From Adineta vaga (taxonomy: Eukaryota > Animalia > Rotifera), in assembly GCA_021613535.1 (NCBI GenBank), contig CP075493.1:7688001-7752000 (forward strand): a stretch of 64,000 nt of DNA, given 5' to 3'. The translations under genes were made by a program, and so were the position numbers. This document shows, piece by piece, positions 36,888 through 52,000 of the stretch. Within the stretch, counting starts at the first letter, position 1; each line of letters begins with the position of its first letter. The notes below the pieces were generated by a model, which saw only the letters and a program-made list of their open reading frames with translations, ran no database searches and was not told where the DNA came from.

Positions 36888-38554
36888 TTAAACCATTGCT
36901 CGTCGATGATGAATTTCTTGTAATGCAGGTACAACATCATCAACAGTAGCAAGACGTTCAAAGATTGGGATTAACGTGAGTAATTCCGTGTCGCGCATAT
37001 CATCAAACCAACTGCTCACGGGAACCTATGAAAATCGAAATAAATGTATATTTGATAAGATTTTATTCTTTAACATACGGCATTATCTTGATGAAACAAA
37101 TAGGATAATGGTGAATTATCGATAATGATTACTTTACGAACATCTCGACCTAATCGACTAAGATCTTTTATGTAATTTCCTAAACAAAGGAGGAAAGAAG
37201 TAACATTCAATTGACGAATTGTTTGCTAAGATAATATTTACCGTTATAATATGTACAAGATTCACGAAAGAGTCTCGCATGAAATATACGATTTGGGTCA
37301 AGTAAATCCGAAACAGGATCAGCATACTTTGAAAGAAAAAAAAATGAATAAATCGAAATCACATAATTTGTTAATATTTAAAATAAATACTTTAGCTAAA
37401 CTAGCTGTGAATAGAACACATTCATAAAGTTCACCAACACGACGAAGAAATTCATCAACATGTGGTCTTTTGGTAACATATATCTAAAGAAAAATATGTC
37501 AGTAAATAAATAAATAAGAAATCGGATTCTTAGAAAAGCAATCAATTCTAACGAATGAAGAAAAATGTCTTTCATATAAGAAATTATTCTAATCGAAAAA
37601 GACACACATTCGTCCATGAAATTTCTACAATGTATGATCAACTAGTTTTAATTATATATCAATTGTTGAAATAAATTATCTGGATTAGACAGTTTTTTCG
37701 TTCATCCTATGCTACTTCCTTCCGTTAATCGTCATTCTTTTTCTTGACAAAAAAATGCGTAGTAATTGTTCATTTCCGTAAATCTTATCTGAAGAAAAAC
37801 AACTTACTTGATGAATTTGTCCATCAATTTCAACAGGAACAATAAAATCAGCATTCGGTACTGGTCGAAAGACTGAATGAACAAGTGTTTCATCAAGATC
37901 AATAACTAAACATATTTTGCCACGTAGACTATCACGTAATGGTGGTAATAGAGGTTTTTCATGGGACTAAAAGATGAGAAATAAAAACACGAGAATATTA
38001 ATATTTCTGCACAAGAAGAAATATAAATCATCATTTGGTTAGTTCAACTCCCAAGAAGAAAGTTTTAATTAAAAAAAAACGGTTATTTCTTTTCAAACAA
38101 ATCACCGAATTACAAACATAAAATACCTCTATCGGTAAGTTAATCTCAGGGTTTAATGCAACACGCTATAAACAGATGGAATAACACAAAATAAAGAAAC
38201 AAAAACTCATTGTTGTGTCGATAAGTTTTAAATTACCTCTTCGGCAGGTGTATCAGCTGATGTAGTATATTTAGCTTTTGTTGTTCGAGGTCGACAAGAT
38301 CCACCCAAACAACAGAGTAATAAAGAAACAATACGTTGTTTTCGACTTGAACGATCTAAATAAATACCAAATCGATTAAATCCTGAGTTTTATTAAAGTC
38401 ATTTAAAGAATTTACTTTTAGTTGTAGTATTATTTTGAGCAGTTGTATTTGTAACAACAGCAGTTGGCATTGGTGTTGGACGATTAAGTTCTTCATCTTT
38501 TTGTACTTGAGTAATAATGGATGAGAGGTCTAATTCTTTCGATGTTTTATTCAT
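36888..38554 (-). CDS. CTDSP: RNA polymerase II CTD small phosphatase (SCP/CTDSP family)
   Basis: N-terminal SIITQV, catalytic [56 protein letters not shown] and VPVSSWFDD. Confidence 0.93.
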
Positions 38555-39296
38555 TGTAAAGATATGTTTTGAAGAATATTAAAAGTTGAAAAATTCGTTT
38601 TTGAAGAAATTGAAATGTGCGGTTTTTTCCTTTAACGAGCTAGCCGTTGCTCGTCGGATGATCGAATAGAATTTGACCAAACGACATGAGCTCTTGAAAC
38701 GATAAAAAATGACAACGATGATGTTATAAGATGCTCTTGTCGTCTTCACAATCTATAAGGAAAAATAAAATTCTAAGTGGCTATTAAGTGACAGAGATAG
38801 ATAGAATTTCATTTGTTAGCTATATAGATATAGATATACTATGCAACCGAGGAGGGAAGTTTTTTTTTCGCATGCTATGTAATACCCACCATAACCTATA
38901 TTTTATTACCTCCATTTTCCTATTTAAATATGGTGAAAACAATTAATGACATCTATCCAATGTAAATAAATATATATATATATATATATCAACATTAAGA
39001 ATGCATTGTTTCTTTTTTCTAATATAATAATATCGATTTTGACGAGTTTTGAATAAATACCTAAATCGATCAGATGATTAAAATGAGTCATTTGTTTGTT
39101 TCTGTCTTTCTTCTCCTTTTTCTGAATGTCAGTACAGTATGGCTAGCAAATCTATCTAGCAGTTCTTTATACATAGTTGATCTTAATTTATAGATTATTT
39201 CTCATTGTTTTCGATTTATTCTATAAATATATTCTAGAGCGATTGTATTATCCTTTTTTTTCTTCTCCCCTCTGTCGTTTCTTGTTGCAATCGATA

Positions 39297-40227
39297 ATGA
39301 CAAATCCGAAAAAAGAACTTAATGTCGCATGTAATTATTTATTACGATTAATGAAAGCACATGTTCAATTATCCAATGAACAAATCAATCTTTTTAAACG
39401 TACTTTTCGTGATATTTTAACGAAACGATTTGTTGATCATTGGTTTCCAGGTACAAAAGCATTTTGTGGATGTATAATGGGGAATTTAATAAATCGAACA
39501 TTTTCTTTTGATTAGCTGCACCACATCGTGGTAGTGCTTATCGATGTTTACAAACGAAACATTGGAAAGATCCTATATTAAAAGCTATCGCCGAACGTTC
39601 TTGTTTACCACTTCATCGTTATCTACCAACTATATTCACTCTTTGGATTGGTATGCTAGTTAAATTCATTGTGAAGACAAATATGCATGGAATTCTCACC
39701 GTTTTTTATTTTATTTTCTAGATCCAGGTGAGGTAGCCGTTTGCTTTGGTGATGAAGGTACATGGTGTTCATTGTATAAACATGATAGTGACGGTCATAT
39801 ACATCAAGAATATAGTGATGGAGAAGAAACAGCTTCATCATTATCATCCGATGATGATTTGAATAGTTTGACACAGAATGTGAAAGGATTGAATGTTCAT
39901 GATACACACATACCATCGAAATCAAGCATTGATCCAACAACTAGTCGTTCTTCGTCATCATTAGCAAGTAGTAGTCGAACATCAAGTCCATTTTTCAATA
40001 CAGGATCAAAACATATGCCGTCAATGAATGATTATAATTCTTCAGGTTAAATTTCTTTTCTCTTAACTATCGATTTGTACTAATTCTTCTCAATAATAGG
40101 ATCAGATCTCTATCCACATCAATCTGTTTTAAATGATTGGAATGATCAACAGAATCTTTTTTGGCCACAACAACAACTGACAACGTCAGATACCTTGTTA
40201 TTGTATAATCAAAGAGAAAATTTTTAA
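39297..40227 (+). CDS. BTG/Tob family antiproliferative protein
   Basis: Box A HWFP|AAPHRGSAYRC, box B LPTIFTLWI|DPGEV, and a Ser-rich tail; 4 exons. Confidence 0.88.
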
Positions 40228-40801
40228 AATTAAACAAAAAAAATATGTATCATGAATCTTTTTTCTATTGTCTACGTGTTGTCAGAATGTTTTTTGTCTA
40301 TATATACATATATATTTATTCAAACATGTGTCCATATATTCATCAGATCTGAAAGAAAATGATTCTCTTTTATAAATTTATACATATTGTATGACTGTTG
40401 TATCACTCTATACATCCATCCATCCATCTATCTATCTTTCTGTTATATCTTCCTTCTCTTTCTTTCTTTTTTTGTTCATTTCTCTGTCAAAAGAATACAT
40501 ATAAAAAAATCTTCAAAATTTTATACTTCCTTTTTTTCTTTATTCAATATTATGCCTATAGAATGTATTTCAGTTACAGAGAAATTACTATGTTATATAG
40601 ACAGATAGTAATTGCGCAAACGATGATTCATCGGAATAGAAAAGAACGAACGAGAAGGAGGAGAACATAATAAAAATATCATGACGTCATTGAAGTCAGA
40701 GAAGGGAAATATGAACTTACGAAATTTCTTATACACGTATAAATATGATGTTTTCTTCTGTAGATTTTATTATTTCTCAACAACCTATCTAGGTAACAAA
40801 A

Positions 40802-43015
40802 ATGCCGATAGAATCAGATAATGGTCCGTCGTCAACAGCTGTAATGACTCCGACAGTGGCGACGTGTCCTTGGAAGAAAACGAATCCTATACCAATGTCA
40901 ACATCATTTCGAGAACTTATGGATAGTGATTTAGCTGCAAAATTACAAAAAGAAGAAGATGAAAAATATGCCCATCAAATGAGGTAGAATATGCCAGTTA
41001 ATTATTGACTATATATATATATATATCTATTTCATTCTTTCCGATAGTCAATACTCAAAAACACCTATTGAATCAGAAATATCTATTTCAAATGAATACG
41101 ACAATGAAGATCATTCAATCGATCCATCTTCGTTAGGAACTGAAGATGATAGTGATTATTTAGTAGCTCTTATGCTTCAACAGGAATATACAAATGAGTT
41201 TAATGGATTGATGAAAAAATATGAATCAACTGTAAATCGAAATAGTAAAGGTAAATAGATCAAACTGAACAGGATTTCAACTGAATATGTATTTATTTAG
41301 TCAAAGTTTCAATGAAAAATTATATGTTATTACCAGCAGCATCTACAAATCAAACAGTTGCAGGTGAAAATGATGAGGATATATTCGAAGAGCAAAAAGA
41401 AGCGTTTAGTGATTGTGAACAAGGTATTTTGCAAAATATTCTGTTCACTTTTTTCTTATTCTTTTACCTTTTATTTATATTATAGACCAACCAATGCCAT
41501 CATTTAATCGTCGAGGTATAAGTGGTAAAGGTGCAACATTAGTAACCAAACATAATGCTGTTCTATGTGGTAAACGAAACGTTGCACGTGTTATGAACAC
41601 ATTTCCTCCTGAATTTGACACGGGAAATGTTTTAAATGATATGCGATTATCTAATCGTGTTTACAATCAACTTAAACTTCATTCATATGCTGAAGAAAAA
41701 CGTATGAATCGTTTACATGATAAAGTAGAAAAGGCAACAGCTGTAAGTTTTTAATTATAAGAAAAACATGTAAAGATAATGAGGAATTTGTTTTCTTTCT
41801 AATTTGAATAGAGTTTAGCATTTGATCCTAAAACTCGTATTATTTTGTATAAATCATTGAATGCATGTATTCTTGATGAAATTGGTTCAATTATTGCGAC
41901 AGGAAAAGAATCTGTTGTATTATATGGTAAAGGTGGAAAAACTGAAGAACGTGAAATGCCTGATGAAGTTGCAATTAAAGTATGATATAGAAAAGAAATC
42001 ATTTCTTTATCTTTTGTCTTCTACTTGATTAGATTTTCAAAACAACATTGAATGAATATCATACACGAGAAAAATACTTACGAGAAGATTTTCGTTTTCG
42101 TAATCGTTATAAGAGTCTTAATTCACGAAAAATTGTCAAATTATGGGCAGAAAAAGTAAATAAAAAATCTCTCCTTTTCTCTTCTTTCAAATAACAATCT
42201 TTTGATTTGATTATCTAGGAAATGTTTAATTTACAACGTCTTCAACGTGTTGGAATCCCATGTCCAACACCTATATTACTTAAAAAACATGTTCTATTTC
42301 TTTCATTTATCGGTAAAGATTCAACTCCTGCACAACGTCTTCGAGACGCTATACTTACACCAGAAGAACTTGCTAGTGCATATCAACAATGTTTGAATGT
42401 AAGATTTCTTACTTATTCACTTCTATATATCAATATTTAATGCTAATATTTTTCTAGTTACTAAAACGAATTTATCATGAATGTAAATTAATCCATGCCG
42501 ATTTTAGTGAATATAATCTATTGTGGTTTGAAAATATTCTTTATGTTATCGATGTTGCTCAATCGGTTGAACCTTATCATCCAAATGCATATATATATTT
42601 ACTTCGTGATTGTACAAATGTGTCAACATATTTTAGTAGACGATCTTTGAATGAACATGTTCTAACACCTGAAGAAACATTTAATTATGTAACTGGATTA
42701 GGATTTAAACAAACGGGACAAGAATTTCTTAATGAAGTTCATACATATGAAAAGAATATTCGTTTACAAAGTGAAGCAATCAAAGAAAAGGAAAACTTTG
42801 CATTCAATTATTTCTTTAATCAGACACAAAAACTAACTGCAGATGATTCGTCTTCAGATGAAGATGATGATGACGATAATGTTGATGCTGATAATGATGA
42901 AGATTATGTTGATTTAACGAGTGGTGATGAACTTTCTACCCTATCCAAATCTCTACCATCGAAACCAATCAAATCATCACCACGAAAAACAAAATTTACA
43001 AAGCATTCACCTTAA
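40802..43015 (+). CDS. RIOK3: RIO kinase 3
   Basis: SFRELMDSDLAAKLQ, LVTKHNAVLCGKRN, LSNRVYNQLKLHS, RLHDKVEKATA, IATGKESVV, LWAEKEMFNL, LIHADFSEYNLLW and IDVAQSVEP. Confidence 0.93.
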
Positions 43016-43483
43016 TTTTCTTTTGTTTTTTTCCTCTTTTTTGTTTCTATATGATGGGTGTATGGTTATATACGTATAAATAGTTTTTTTTTTAAATTCT
43101 GTTGTTAAATATAAAGCAATAGATAAATATTGTCTTTTCTTAATCATTCGAATCATTTTTGGTAGAAACGAGCAATCGTACATACAAACAGATGTACATT
43201 AGTTTTATTGGCTAGATTAAGAATCACTTACAATCGAAAAAGAAAAATGAATCGCAAATACCTTTCGGTAGAGGAAAAAAAACAAACAAGAAATAGCATT
43301 GGTCTATTCGTAACACGAATGAAAGTTAACAAAATACCTATTTATCGGAGTCGGAGGTAGATCAGTAAAATTGTCATAGGAGAAGGTTTACAGCGTGGAT
43401 AGGTATAATCAATACATGAATTTTCATGCTTTTCTTTTCTAGATTATTAAACTTCATTTTAAATTTTTATTCGAAAAAAAATT

Positions 43484-44262
43484 ATGTCGGATCAAGCAGG
43501 ATCAAGTGATACATCTGCTTCAACTGAACTCAAAGCTGGTCATGCTCCAGCTAGTATGTTTTTGATTCGTATTCAATGACATTTTGTTTTTCATGCGAAA
43601 TCTTTTCAATTGATTAGCTAAAGTTGGTGGTATGCGTGTTGGTGCACCTCGTCCACGTCATACATCACATGGTGACGAAAAGAATGCTGGTGATGATGTT
43701 GAAGGTGGACAAGAATCATCAGGCGATACCAAAGAAGGTGGTGCTGATAAAGCAACTTCAGATGATGCTGCTGATAATGAGCAAGGATCAGGGTAAATAT
43801 CTAGATTAGTTAGAATAAGATGTTAATTCGAGTTTATATTTCTTTTTAGAGCTGTTGCTAATCGTGCAGCAGGTGAAATGGTCTCTGGCACATTCGTACC
43901 AGTATGTAAATATTTAATGATTAGATTTCATTTGATTCTCAGGAGATAGATGTATCGACGAATACCACTGAAATAAGTTAATGACATAAGACTGAATATT
44001 AACTTTCAATGTTTATCAGAAAGACATCTATATATATATATATATGTGTACAAAGTAATGAGTAATATACAAAATAGAAGAAAATTCGATATTTTAATGA
44101 TACAAATAATCTGATGTTTTCTTCTCTTAGATTAAAGAAGCTTTTCCAACTGAAGCTGTAAAACATATTCATGATAAACCAGGTACACATCCAAAACATG
44201 AATTTCATACTAATCAAAAACATGATGATCAACGATACATCAATCAACCACGTAAACAATAG
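43484..44262 (+). CDS. DAP: Death-associated protein 1 (DAP family)
   Basis: ELKAGHAPA|TKVGGMRV, AFPTEAVKHIHDKP and C-terminal YINQPRKQ*; 4 coding exons. Confidence 0.88.
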
Positions 44263-44811
44263 ATCATCGATTGTTTCGTAAAACTGATAAAGGACAAGAA
44301 TAATACAAGTGAAACATTTTTTGAGATTCAGGGTGATGGTTTAAGTTTTCATAATCGCTTTTTTTTGTTGTTTGAAAAAAAAACATCAATAAATATTCAA
44401 GCATTGGCTTAACAGGACAATTTCTTTCTTTATTTTCAAGATTTCATCTGTAATTATATTCATATTTAAAAAATCGAAGAGTAATAATAAAAACAAAGTT
44501 GATAATTCTTCTCATATGCATATCGTTTTTTTGCTTTCTTTCTAATCAGTTGCAATAATTTTACTAAAATGACGTCAACATACATCTTTAATCATGACAG
44601 GTAGATGAGAAACACAAAATGGTTGGTTTCTTTTTTCTTCTTCTCTGTTTGTCGAAAATGAAAAACTAGATAGAGGTAGATTTCACTCGAAGAAATTGTT
44701 TTTCATTTTGAGTAAAAACAAGGTCATATTATGACTCAAGCTTCATTTTACTAAATTTATTGATTGTTACTAGATGTTATTCTTTTAGATGTCTTACATA
44801 GAACTATTTTG

Positions 44812-47800
44812 ATGAAAATGAATGATAAACGTAGATCTACGCTGACAACAAAAGGTCATGGTGAACGATTGGTGTTATCACCATCGCGAGGTAGTAGTCC
44901 TCCACCACCGACTACTTCATCAACGTTAACACAACAGTTTGCAGAGATTATACGACGATATAAATATTTCTGTGAACATATTCAACGAATACTCAAAGAA
45001 ACAGATAAATCCTATCGTGAAATCAATGATACTCGTGTGCTTGCGTCTGGTAATTAGATTTAAAAGGAAAATAGAGCAAATTATTTTTCAATACTATTTT
45101 TACTTTAGAAAAAATTTCTCAAATGGATTTATCTAAACCAGATCGTGATTATCTTGATGCACTTGAAACACGTCCACTAGCACTTATTATTTGTTCTCAA
45201 ACTTATAATGGCAAATCTCGTTTTGTTAATGAATTATTAAATGAACCTTTATTACCTGAAGCACCGATGATTAATCGAGATGATGTTGTACGAATGGTTC
45301 GAATCAAGGTAGAGGTTCGTTTGAGGTTTTTTTTATTTTTTACTTACTCAAATTGAATATAGAGCATTTCATTCATTTAGAGGTATACTTCCTTTTCCCG
45401 AAAATAAAATATAAAGAACAAACGAAGGAAGAGTTGAAAGAGAGTTTTGACACGAGTAGGAATAATGAAATGCAATTCACGTGAAATTTAATTATGTTTG
45501 AGTCTGCTCATTCTAAAATATGATTCGATTAGAAATGTTCCATTTTCTCTCGATTTAGAATCATCCAATTCATGGTGCAAGTTTAAATATATCCGGTTCG
45601 TTTGAGTTAATTAATCCCGATATAATGTACAAAAATGTATCATGGACAACTGTACCTTGTGATGATCTCGTTGTTAATGGTACTAATGATCATCATCCTT
45701 TGTCGGAAAATAATGAGTATAATGATGAGGATGATCAACAAGAAACAGCCTCACTTGAAATACGTAAACCATTAGAGTTACTTAATGATGACTTGCAAAT
45801 AGTTATAACACCTTCAAATCAAAAATTAAATGTCAAACAAGTTTATAAACAGATTACAGAAAATATTGTACCGATATTTATTTATGTCATTGATCAAGAT
45901 ATATTAACAGAAAATGATATTGAGGAATTGAGATTTTTTCGTTCGATTGTACCTAATGAACCGATTCTATTCATACGAATTGATCGATCTGATAAGTAAG
46001 AAAAATGGAATGATTTTTTTTTAATGAAACTTTGTTTCTTTATTTTACAGTTCAATGAATATAACTGAAACACCATGTATTCAAATTTTTAGGTAAGTTA
46101 ACATGTTAGTTATTATGACGTTAGTGCATGTATATGCATAGTAGAAGTTCTTAAATGCCGTTCGTTTCGAAGGCTATTTTGATAGGATCTTCTTCTTCTT
46201 CTAGACAATTATGTGATTTGGGTTTTCTTTCAATTTTGGGTACTACCACTGGTGATAGTGCACCAGACACAGCTCCTCTTTTTCAAAGTGATATTATTGA
46301 TAATGGTCTAATTAATTTTCCACTCTTTCTAAATTATATTCGTAAACATATTGATCGTTTGACTATTCGTGCTGGTAAAAAGACTATATTTATTATTCTT
46401 AGATTGTTTTTTTCTTCTAACAATTATCATTTTAGTTAGCATTCTTCAACGATCACATGAGATCTGTTTAGATCTATTTAATGATAGTGCATTTGATATG
46501 GCCAGGTAATGGAAATATATGGGTTTTTTTTCCCATTTTCTTATATATCAATATGTTTAGAGATATTCTGGTCACACCTAAACGATTAAGTTATACACGT
46601 GAAAAAGAAAAGAATCTTTATGAATCACTTATCGGATTAACAAATTCTAAACAAAATGAAATTCAAAAATTAATTCTACAAGCTGTGAATGAAATGCATG
46701 AAACACTTGCTGATCAAGCTTGTTCCCTTGAAATTCCCAATATTGAGCTAACAGATCAATTAACCGTTAAACATGCACGAGATCTAAAGAAATGTACAAA
46801 TCACATACAAGAATTTGTTCTCATACGATTAAATGAAACTATTGCAAATAAATTACTTGATTCAATTAATATTCTACATGATAACTATGTTGGAACATTA
46901 ACACGTTGTGTATTTAGTTTAGAACATCGTGCTAGTGTTGACGATGATGAATCAGAATTATCGACAAGTAAAGCACTTCAAGAGGTACATAGATAGAATG
47001 ACAAATTTAACAATTCTATGATATATTTAAAAACTATTTAGATTCTTCATTCAGCTTATGAAGTCAATATAACTATACCAGCTGATTCGAATATTTTTCA
47101 AATTTTAATTGATAAAATGAAAGAAGTAAATTTTCTTGCTGTTCATTTCAATATATTCATTTCGTTTTTTTTCTAGTTATTTCGAACATTTAGCTGGAGT
47201 AATTGTCCACGCATTGATCCTGAATTTAAACGTTCAGTAGCACTCAATATATTAAATAGTCTCAGTGAAGCAAAGTATGTTCTTACGAACAAACAAAGAT
47301 CATCTTTTACTTCTTGTTTATTGAAATAGATTAGCAAAAAGTGTTTGTACACAATTGAATGATCGTATTCGTATGTCACATGAAAATTTCGAAACTTTAC
47401 TTAAACAACTTGAACATCGTCATTCTGATCGATTAAAAACGACGGAAGATAAACAGCAACGTGTACGCAAAGAATATACACCAAAAATTGCTCGATTATT
47501 ATTGGAAAGTACATCATTAAAAGATCTTATTCAATATGGTTTACCTAAACAAGGTCGAGAAGTTGGACGTGGACAATATGGTATTGTTTATGAATGTAAA
47601 AGTTGGGCAAATCATCAATCGTGTGTTTTGAAATCTGTTATGCCACCAGATGATCGACATTGGAATGATCTAGCATTAGAATTTCATTATTTACGGTAGC
47701 TATTGATAGAATTGATATTGAATTGATAAGCAGATTTTATTTCATAGACGAATTCCAGAACATCCACGAATTGTTAAATTGATTGGATCAGTTATTGATT

Positions 47801-48545
47801 ATACGAATCCAGATCAAACACCTGTCTTGCTCATCATGGAAAGATTAAAACGGGATTTATATGCCGCATTGAAAAATAGATTAGAATTTACAATAAGGTA
47901 ATGAATAAAACGATTGAAATCTTCATTGAAAAACATATTTGTTTTTGTAGAATGCGTATCGCATTGGATGTTGTTGAAGGTTTAAGATATTTACATGGTT
48001 TAGGTCTCGTACATCGTGATATAAAATTGAAAAATGTTTTGGTAAATCTAATAATTTGAATGTCTTAATCTTTCGTATTTCTTTCTAGTTAGATGATGGT
48101 AATCGTGCTCGTATTACTGACCTTGGATTTTGTAAACCAGAAGTAATGATGAGTGGTTCACTCGTTGGAAGTAAGTATCTTCTATCTGCAATTTACGATT
48201 TCTAATTGTATTCTTTATTTAGCACCGATTCATATGGCACCAGAGTTATTTACATCTAAATATGATCATACAGTTGATGTTTATGCGTTCGGTATTCTAT
48301 TTTGGTACATATGTTCTAATGGAATAAAATTACCGACAAATTTCGATGTTTGTTCATCAAAAGATATTCTTTGGTCGGCAGTAAAAAAAGGTGTACGACC
48401 CGAACGTTTAATGGATTTTAGTGATGAATGTTGGGAAATAATGACAAAATGTTGGGATACACAACCATCACAAAGACCCTATTTAGGTGAAGTTCAAGAA
48501 AAGATTGAACAAATTCTGAATAATTCACGTACAACAACTGGTTAA
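44812..48545 (+). CDS. DSTYK: Dual serine/threonine and tyrosine protein kinase (RIPK5)
   Basis: [79 protein letters not shown] and GTPIHMAPE. Confidence 0.93.
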
Positions 48546-49007
48546 TTCCGACTTGTATTCAATCCTTTTTTTCCCATTTCTTTCCTTTTTGTTCAGTATT
48601 TAATAATTATTATAAAAAAACAAAACAACGCTTTGAATAAGAAAAAAAATATGGTGTCAGATTTCTTATCTGTTTCCTCTTTCTTTCTCGACCTATAAAC
48701 ATATCTTACTTTTATCATCTATATCATCAATTTCTTGCTTTAAAATAACAGTAAATATTCATGTAACATCACTCATGAGATCGTCCCTACTTCCGTATTA
48801 CATTTACATAAACCAGTTGTATATTTTTTTTGTATTTAAGAGAATTATTCTTTCTTTGTATTTTTTGCTAGCTTCTATACATCTTTATCTTCAAGGATAA
48901 TATAAATAAATAAATATATATATATATATATGTAATATGTTGGAAAAGATGAAAAGTATATAGAATTCTTCATAGACGTGATCGAGTCAAATTTAAATTT
49001 GTTTCAG

Positions 49008-52000
49008 ATGGCAACAGATTCGATTGAATATGAGGGAACAGATCTTGGTGTTGGTGATTTTGTTCTTTTATCAGACATAAATATGGAGACATTTGCTGAA
49101 AATCTTAAAATACGGTTCGATCTCATTTATCATTTGATTTCTCGACTAAAAGATTTTTTTTCTAGTTTTGAGAAAGGACGAATCTATACGTATATTGGCG
49201 AAGTTTGTCAATAAAATTTTCAAGAAAAAACTAAGAGATAAAATAAAAATTATCAATTTAGGTTCTTGTCAGTGTGAATCCTTATCGTGAATTACCAATC
49301 TATAGTACTGAATATATAAAAAGTTACAAAGGTTGTGAAATATTCGAACGATCTGCACATATATTTGCAATTGCAGAAGCAGCATATCGAACATTAAAAC
49401 AATATTCATTAAGTAGTTGTATTATCATTTCTGGTAAATAGAATTAATTATCCAATTAACCCATTGAATGGATTGTATTTCTTTCTATCGATCAGGTGAA
49501 TCAGGTTCAGGTAAAACGGAAGCATCAAAAATAATTCTTCGTTATATAGCAGCAGTTACGAATCTATCCAATCAAGCCGAAATTCAACGGTAATAGAAAA
49601 AAAAAGGTCAAAAGATTGTTTCATCGATTGAGTTGAACTTGTTTTTAGAATCAGTAATATTCTTATACAAACGAATGTTATTCTCGAAGCATTTGGAAAT
49701 AGTCGAACGAATCGAAATGATAATAGTAGTCGATTTGGCAAATATATGGATTTGAATTTTGATTATAAATTTGATCCAATGGGAGGAAAAATTCAACATT
49801 ACTTATTGGAAAAATCACGTGTAGTTAAACAGCAATCAGGTGAAAGAAATTTTCATGCTTTCTATCAGTTATTATCCAATGAAGATTCATTGAAAAGCTA
49901 TGGATTTTATCTTCAACCTGAAGAGTATCATTATATCAATCAAGGAAATTGTTGTCGATTAGAGAAAATCGATGATAAACGAGGTTATGAACAAGTCATA
50001 GAAGCATTTCATATCGTTGGTTTTACAGATGAAGAAATAGGAACCGTATGGAAAATTATTGCAGCAATTATTCATTTAGTAGATATTATTCAATGTTTAT
50101 TAAGCTTTATTTTGAAATTTATATCTAGGGAAATTTAACATTTCTTGATGTTGATGGTGAACATTGTTCAATAAAACAAATAGAAGATGAAACTGATCCA
50201 CTTTCATGGATATCGAAACTTTTAGAATGTGAACAAACAGAAATCTTATCAGCATTAACATCACGTGTTGTTGCTGCACGTAATGAAGTATTTCAAACTA
50301 GACAAAATATAAGACGAGCATATCATGGACGGGATGCTCTAAGTAAGGTAGAGTTACATATTTTCTAGAGAATAGAATACTAATTTTTGTCATTCAGATA
50401 TCTTTATTCGTATTTGGTAAGGATTTAATAATGCATGTTTCTTTGTCTCTTTTCCTTTTGTTTTAACTTTGTTTGATGGATATGGTGGACTGCGACTGAA
50501 AGTTAATGAGTATTGAGCATGCATGGAAATATTTAATAGAAAAAGAAAAACATCTCTTTACTTGATTCTTCGTCAGAGAACGATAACAAATATAGATAAT
50601 CACTTGCTTTTTAACTATCACTCTATATTACTAATCAATATAAAATATATGACTATCTTATTAATACGACGATATATAATTTAGGCTTTGTACGAACGTC
50701 TCTTCGAATGGTTAATAAAATATATCAATAAAACTTTATCACAAGTCAGTCAAGAAGAACTCAATCATCCTTTTCGAAGACTATACACTTCCGTTGTGAT
50801 TGGTATTCTTGATATTTATGGTTTTGAAATTTTTGAGAATAATAGGTAGATTTATTTGATTCTTCATTGAAAGTAAATATTTCATTTTCTCTATTTGAAT
50901 AGTTTTGAACAATTATGTATCAATTATTGTAATGAAAAATTACAACAATTATTCATTGAACTTGTTCTTAAACAAGAACAAGATGAATATGAATATGAAG
51001 ATATCACTTGGCAACATGTAGGATGTTATTTTTAATGTAAAATTTCATCGATGAACTTTTTTTCGTTTTAGGTTGATTATTTCAATAATAAAATCATTTG
51101 TGATCTTATTGAACAACCACATCATAGTATTCTTGCCTATCTTGACGAAGCATGTCAAATTGCCGAAACAATAACCGACGACATGTTTCTCGATTCAATC
51201 AATACAGCATTTAAAAATCATCAACATTATTCTAGTTGGGAAGTAAGTCGCAACTAACATTACAATTCTTCTATTCCACTGCGTTTTTTCAATATTCTAG
51301 ACTGCACCAGGTGATAAAGTATGGAAGAATATTGATACAAATAAATTGTTTCTTATTCGTCATTATGCTGGTATGAGCTTGTTTAGTTGAAGAGTAGAGA
51401 TCTTTTTCGTATTATTTCGTTTTCAGGTAATGTGATTTATTCCGTCGAAGGATTCTTAGATAAAAATCGTGATACATTATTCGATGATTTTAAACGTTTA
51501 TTATATCATAGTCAAAATCCAATCATATCGTCGATGTGGCCCGAAGGAGAAAAGAGTATCACATCCGTAACACGTCGACCATTGACAACAGGAACTGTAT
51601 TTCGAAATTCGATGATTAGCCTTTCGAAACTTCTTTCTTCAAATGTATGAAAATAACATTTTATTCCATTATCAATCATATATTCTATTTAGCAACCGTT
51701 CTATGTTCGTTGCATTAAACCTAATGAAGAAAAATCTGCAAATTTATTTGATCAAACACTAATTGAACATCAAATTGCTTATTTAGGTTTATTAGAAAAT
51801 ACTCGTGTTCGTCGAGCAGGTAAGTTTCTTTCAAAAAGACGAATAAAAACATCATTGTTCGAAAAAAAAGGTTTCTGTCATCGAATATCATATGAACGAT
51901 TTGTCCAACGGTAAATGATTTTGAAATTTCAAACGATTCATCATTTTTTGAATTTAGATATAAAATAATCGATTGTGTTCAATCAAAATTTCATCCACAT

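Noticed and set aside
36045-36961. Hydrophobic short ORFs, likewise those at 24290-25007, 40387-40670 and 60734-63312
   Set aside because: They are low-complexity translations of AT-rich UTR or intergenic DNA with no motifs or exon structure.
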